From Sphaerodactylus townsendi (taxonomy: Eukaryota), in assembly GCF_021028975.2 (NCBI RefSeq), contig NC_059425.1, positions 27,404,001-27,468,000 on the forward strand: DNA of 64,000 nucleotides, in the 5' to 3' direction. The notes beneath the pieces are model-generated. The model saw nothing but the letters and a program-made list of their open reading frames with translations. It searched no databases and was not told the origin of the DNA. A program made the translations under genes and the position numbers. This document shows positions 62,743 to 64,000 of the stretch, piece by piece; positions within the stretch are counted from its first letter, which is position 1, and each line of letters begins with the position of its first letter.

Positions 62743-63499
62743 CTAGGAGAGGAAAAAGCAAAATGTCATAAACCCAATGAAGACGAAGGAAGTTTATCAA
62801 TTCCTGCCTAATCTAGAACAAACATGTTTCTACAATACTGTCACCAACTCTTCTTTCCCTTGGCAAAGCTAGAAGAACTGATGGCTAAGCCATTGAGGAG
62901 GCCACCACCCAAGAAGTTCAGTGTTTAAGTTGAGTACCAGTTAGACGGTACAGTCTTTGCACTAGTTTGGGTCTGATACTCTTTAAAAAAATTCAAAACA
63001 GCTGGATAATGGGTTGTAGTGGCTAAAGTACTGAATCTGGAGCAAAGGAGGTGTGTTCAAAGTCTTATTTAAGCATCAATACTCAGGCCAAGGCGTACTC
63101 TAGAGATAAAATGGAAGGATAGAACAAAAGAGTGAGAATTTCTCCAATGCTACGGACCGCACCTAACAAAATCAATACAAACTCAGCAGCAGCAATGAAA
63201 AATGAACTTACACACATCTAAGTAAGTTTCATTTACAAGCAAAGAGACACAGTCAAAACAACATTCCTTCCAACACCACCCACACAAAATATTCTGCTTC
63301 ATCAAAAATTGTGGGAACGTCTAACGCTATGTTGAGATATTTCAGTTGGTCCTAACAATAAAGATATGATGAATTTCATTTTTGCAACAATATGGAGTAT
63401 TCGCTTACTTCAATATTCAAAGCTCTTCATACATGCACTGTCACAGTAACCCGTCCAACAACCCTGCAGGCAGACTAGTATTATTACCGTCAGACTGGA

Positions 63500-64000
63500 G
63501 GGAAGGGAAGGCGTTTAGCGAGCCCTTGGCTAAAACAAGGGCCCGGGCTGGGCGCTCGAGGGCTCCTTCCTTTCTCCCCAGACTGAAGCCGCGACAGATG
63601 CGCCCGCCGCTTCGCCCCGAGCCTCGGTGGGGAAGGGCTGTCTGAAGGCTCCTCCCTCCTACTTCGCTGGGGTATGGGGAAGAGGGTGTGTGGGGCGCAT
63701 CAGGCGAAGCCGGATCATCAGGCGCCTGTTTATTCACCTACATGGGAGCAAAGGCACATGAGGAAGGGGAGAAAGTGGAATCGTTGCGCAATACGCCTAC
63801 TCGCGCGCAAGTTACCTTCCTAACAGACCAGGGAGAACAGAGGCGCCCCAGACAGACCCCGGAAGTTATAAGACGAACGGCACAGGAAGCAGTAACGGTG
63901 TCTACAGAGCATTATCCTTTGCGTTTTCCGTTGTTTGGACTTTCTGCCGCTACAACAGAATGACGCACGATTCAAACTGTCATTTATAAAAACGCGAAGG
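63500..64000 (-). promoter_or_regulatory. C11orf68: CpG island with probable non-coding first exon of C11orf68 (donor GAAG|GTAACT at 63816/63815)
   Basis: CpG-rich; ETS CCGGAAGT 63859-63866; C/EBP palindrome TTGCGCAA 63784-63791; minus-strand donor. Confidence 0.55.

Noticed and set aside
63820-63912. 30-codon uORF in the putative C11orf68 first exon
   Set aside because: The TSS is unknown and the ATG may lie upstream of it; no supporting signal

Overview
Vertebrate genomic DNA. The repeat families present (hAT/SPIN MITEs, CR1, Penelope, tRNA- and 5S-derived SINEs) point to a squamate reptile, probably a gecko. The window holds five complete, spliced protein-coding genes orthologous to human 11q13.1 genes: AP5B1 (+), RNASEH2C (+), KAT5/Tip60 (-), RELA/p65 (+) and C11orf68/UPF0696 (-). 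I walked every coding exon by hand; all have GT..AG boundaries, consistent phases and no frameshifts. KAT5 and RELA are head-to-head with only ~1.1 kb between their ATGs; RNASEH2C/KAT5 and RELA/C11orf68 are tail-to-tail. The most striking unexplained signal is a 36-nt motif (34/36 identical) present once in each KAT5 intron flanking exon 10. In both copies it is enclosed by a base-paired stem of completely different sequence and contains a GNRA-capped hairpin overlapping a 3'SS/5'SS-like AG|GY junction, making it a candidate structured splicing-regulatory RNA element. Other points of interest: substitutions in the RelA DNA-recognition loop, a kB-site cluster inside RELA, a tandemly duplicated RELA poly(A) region and several stop-free in-frame introns. 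Human comparisons are from memory and were not aligned; repeat boundaries without a stated TSD are approximate.
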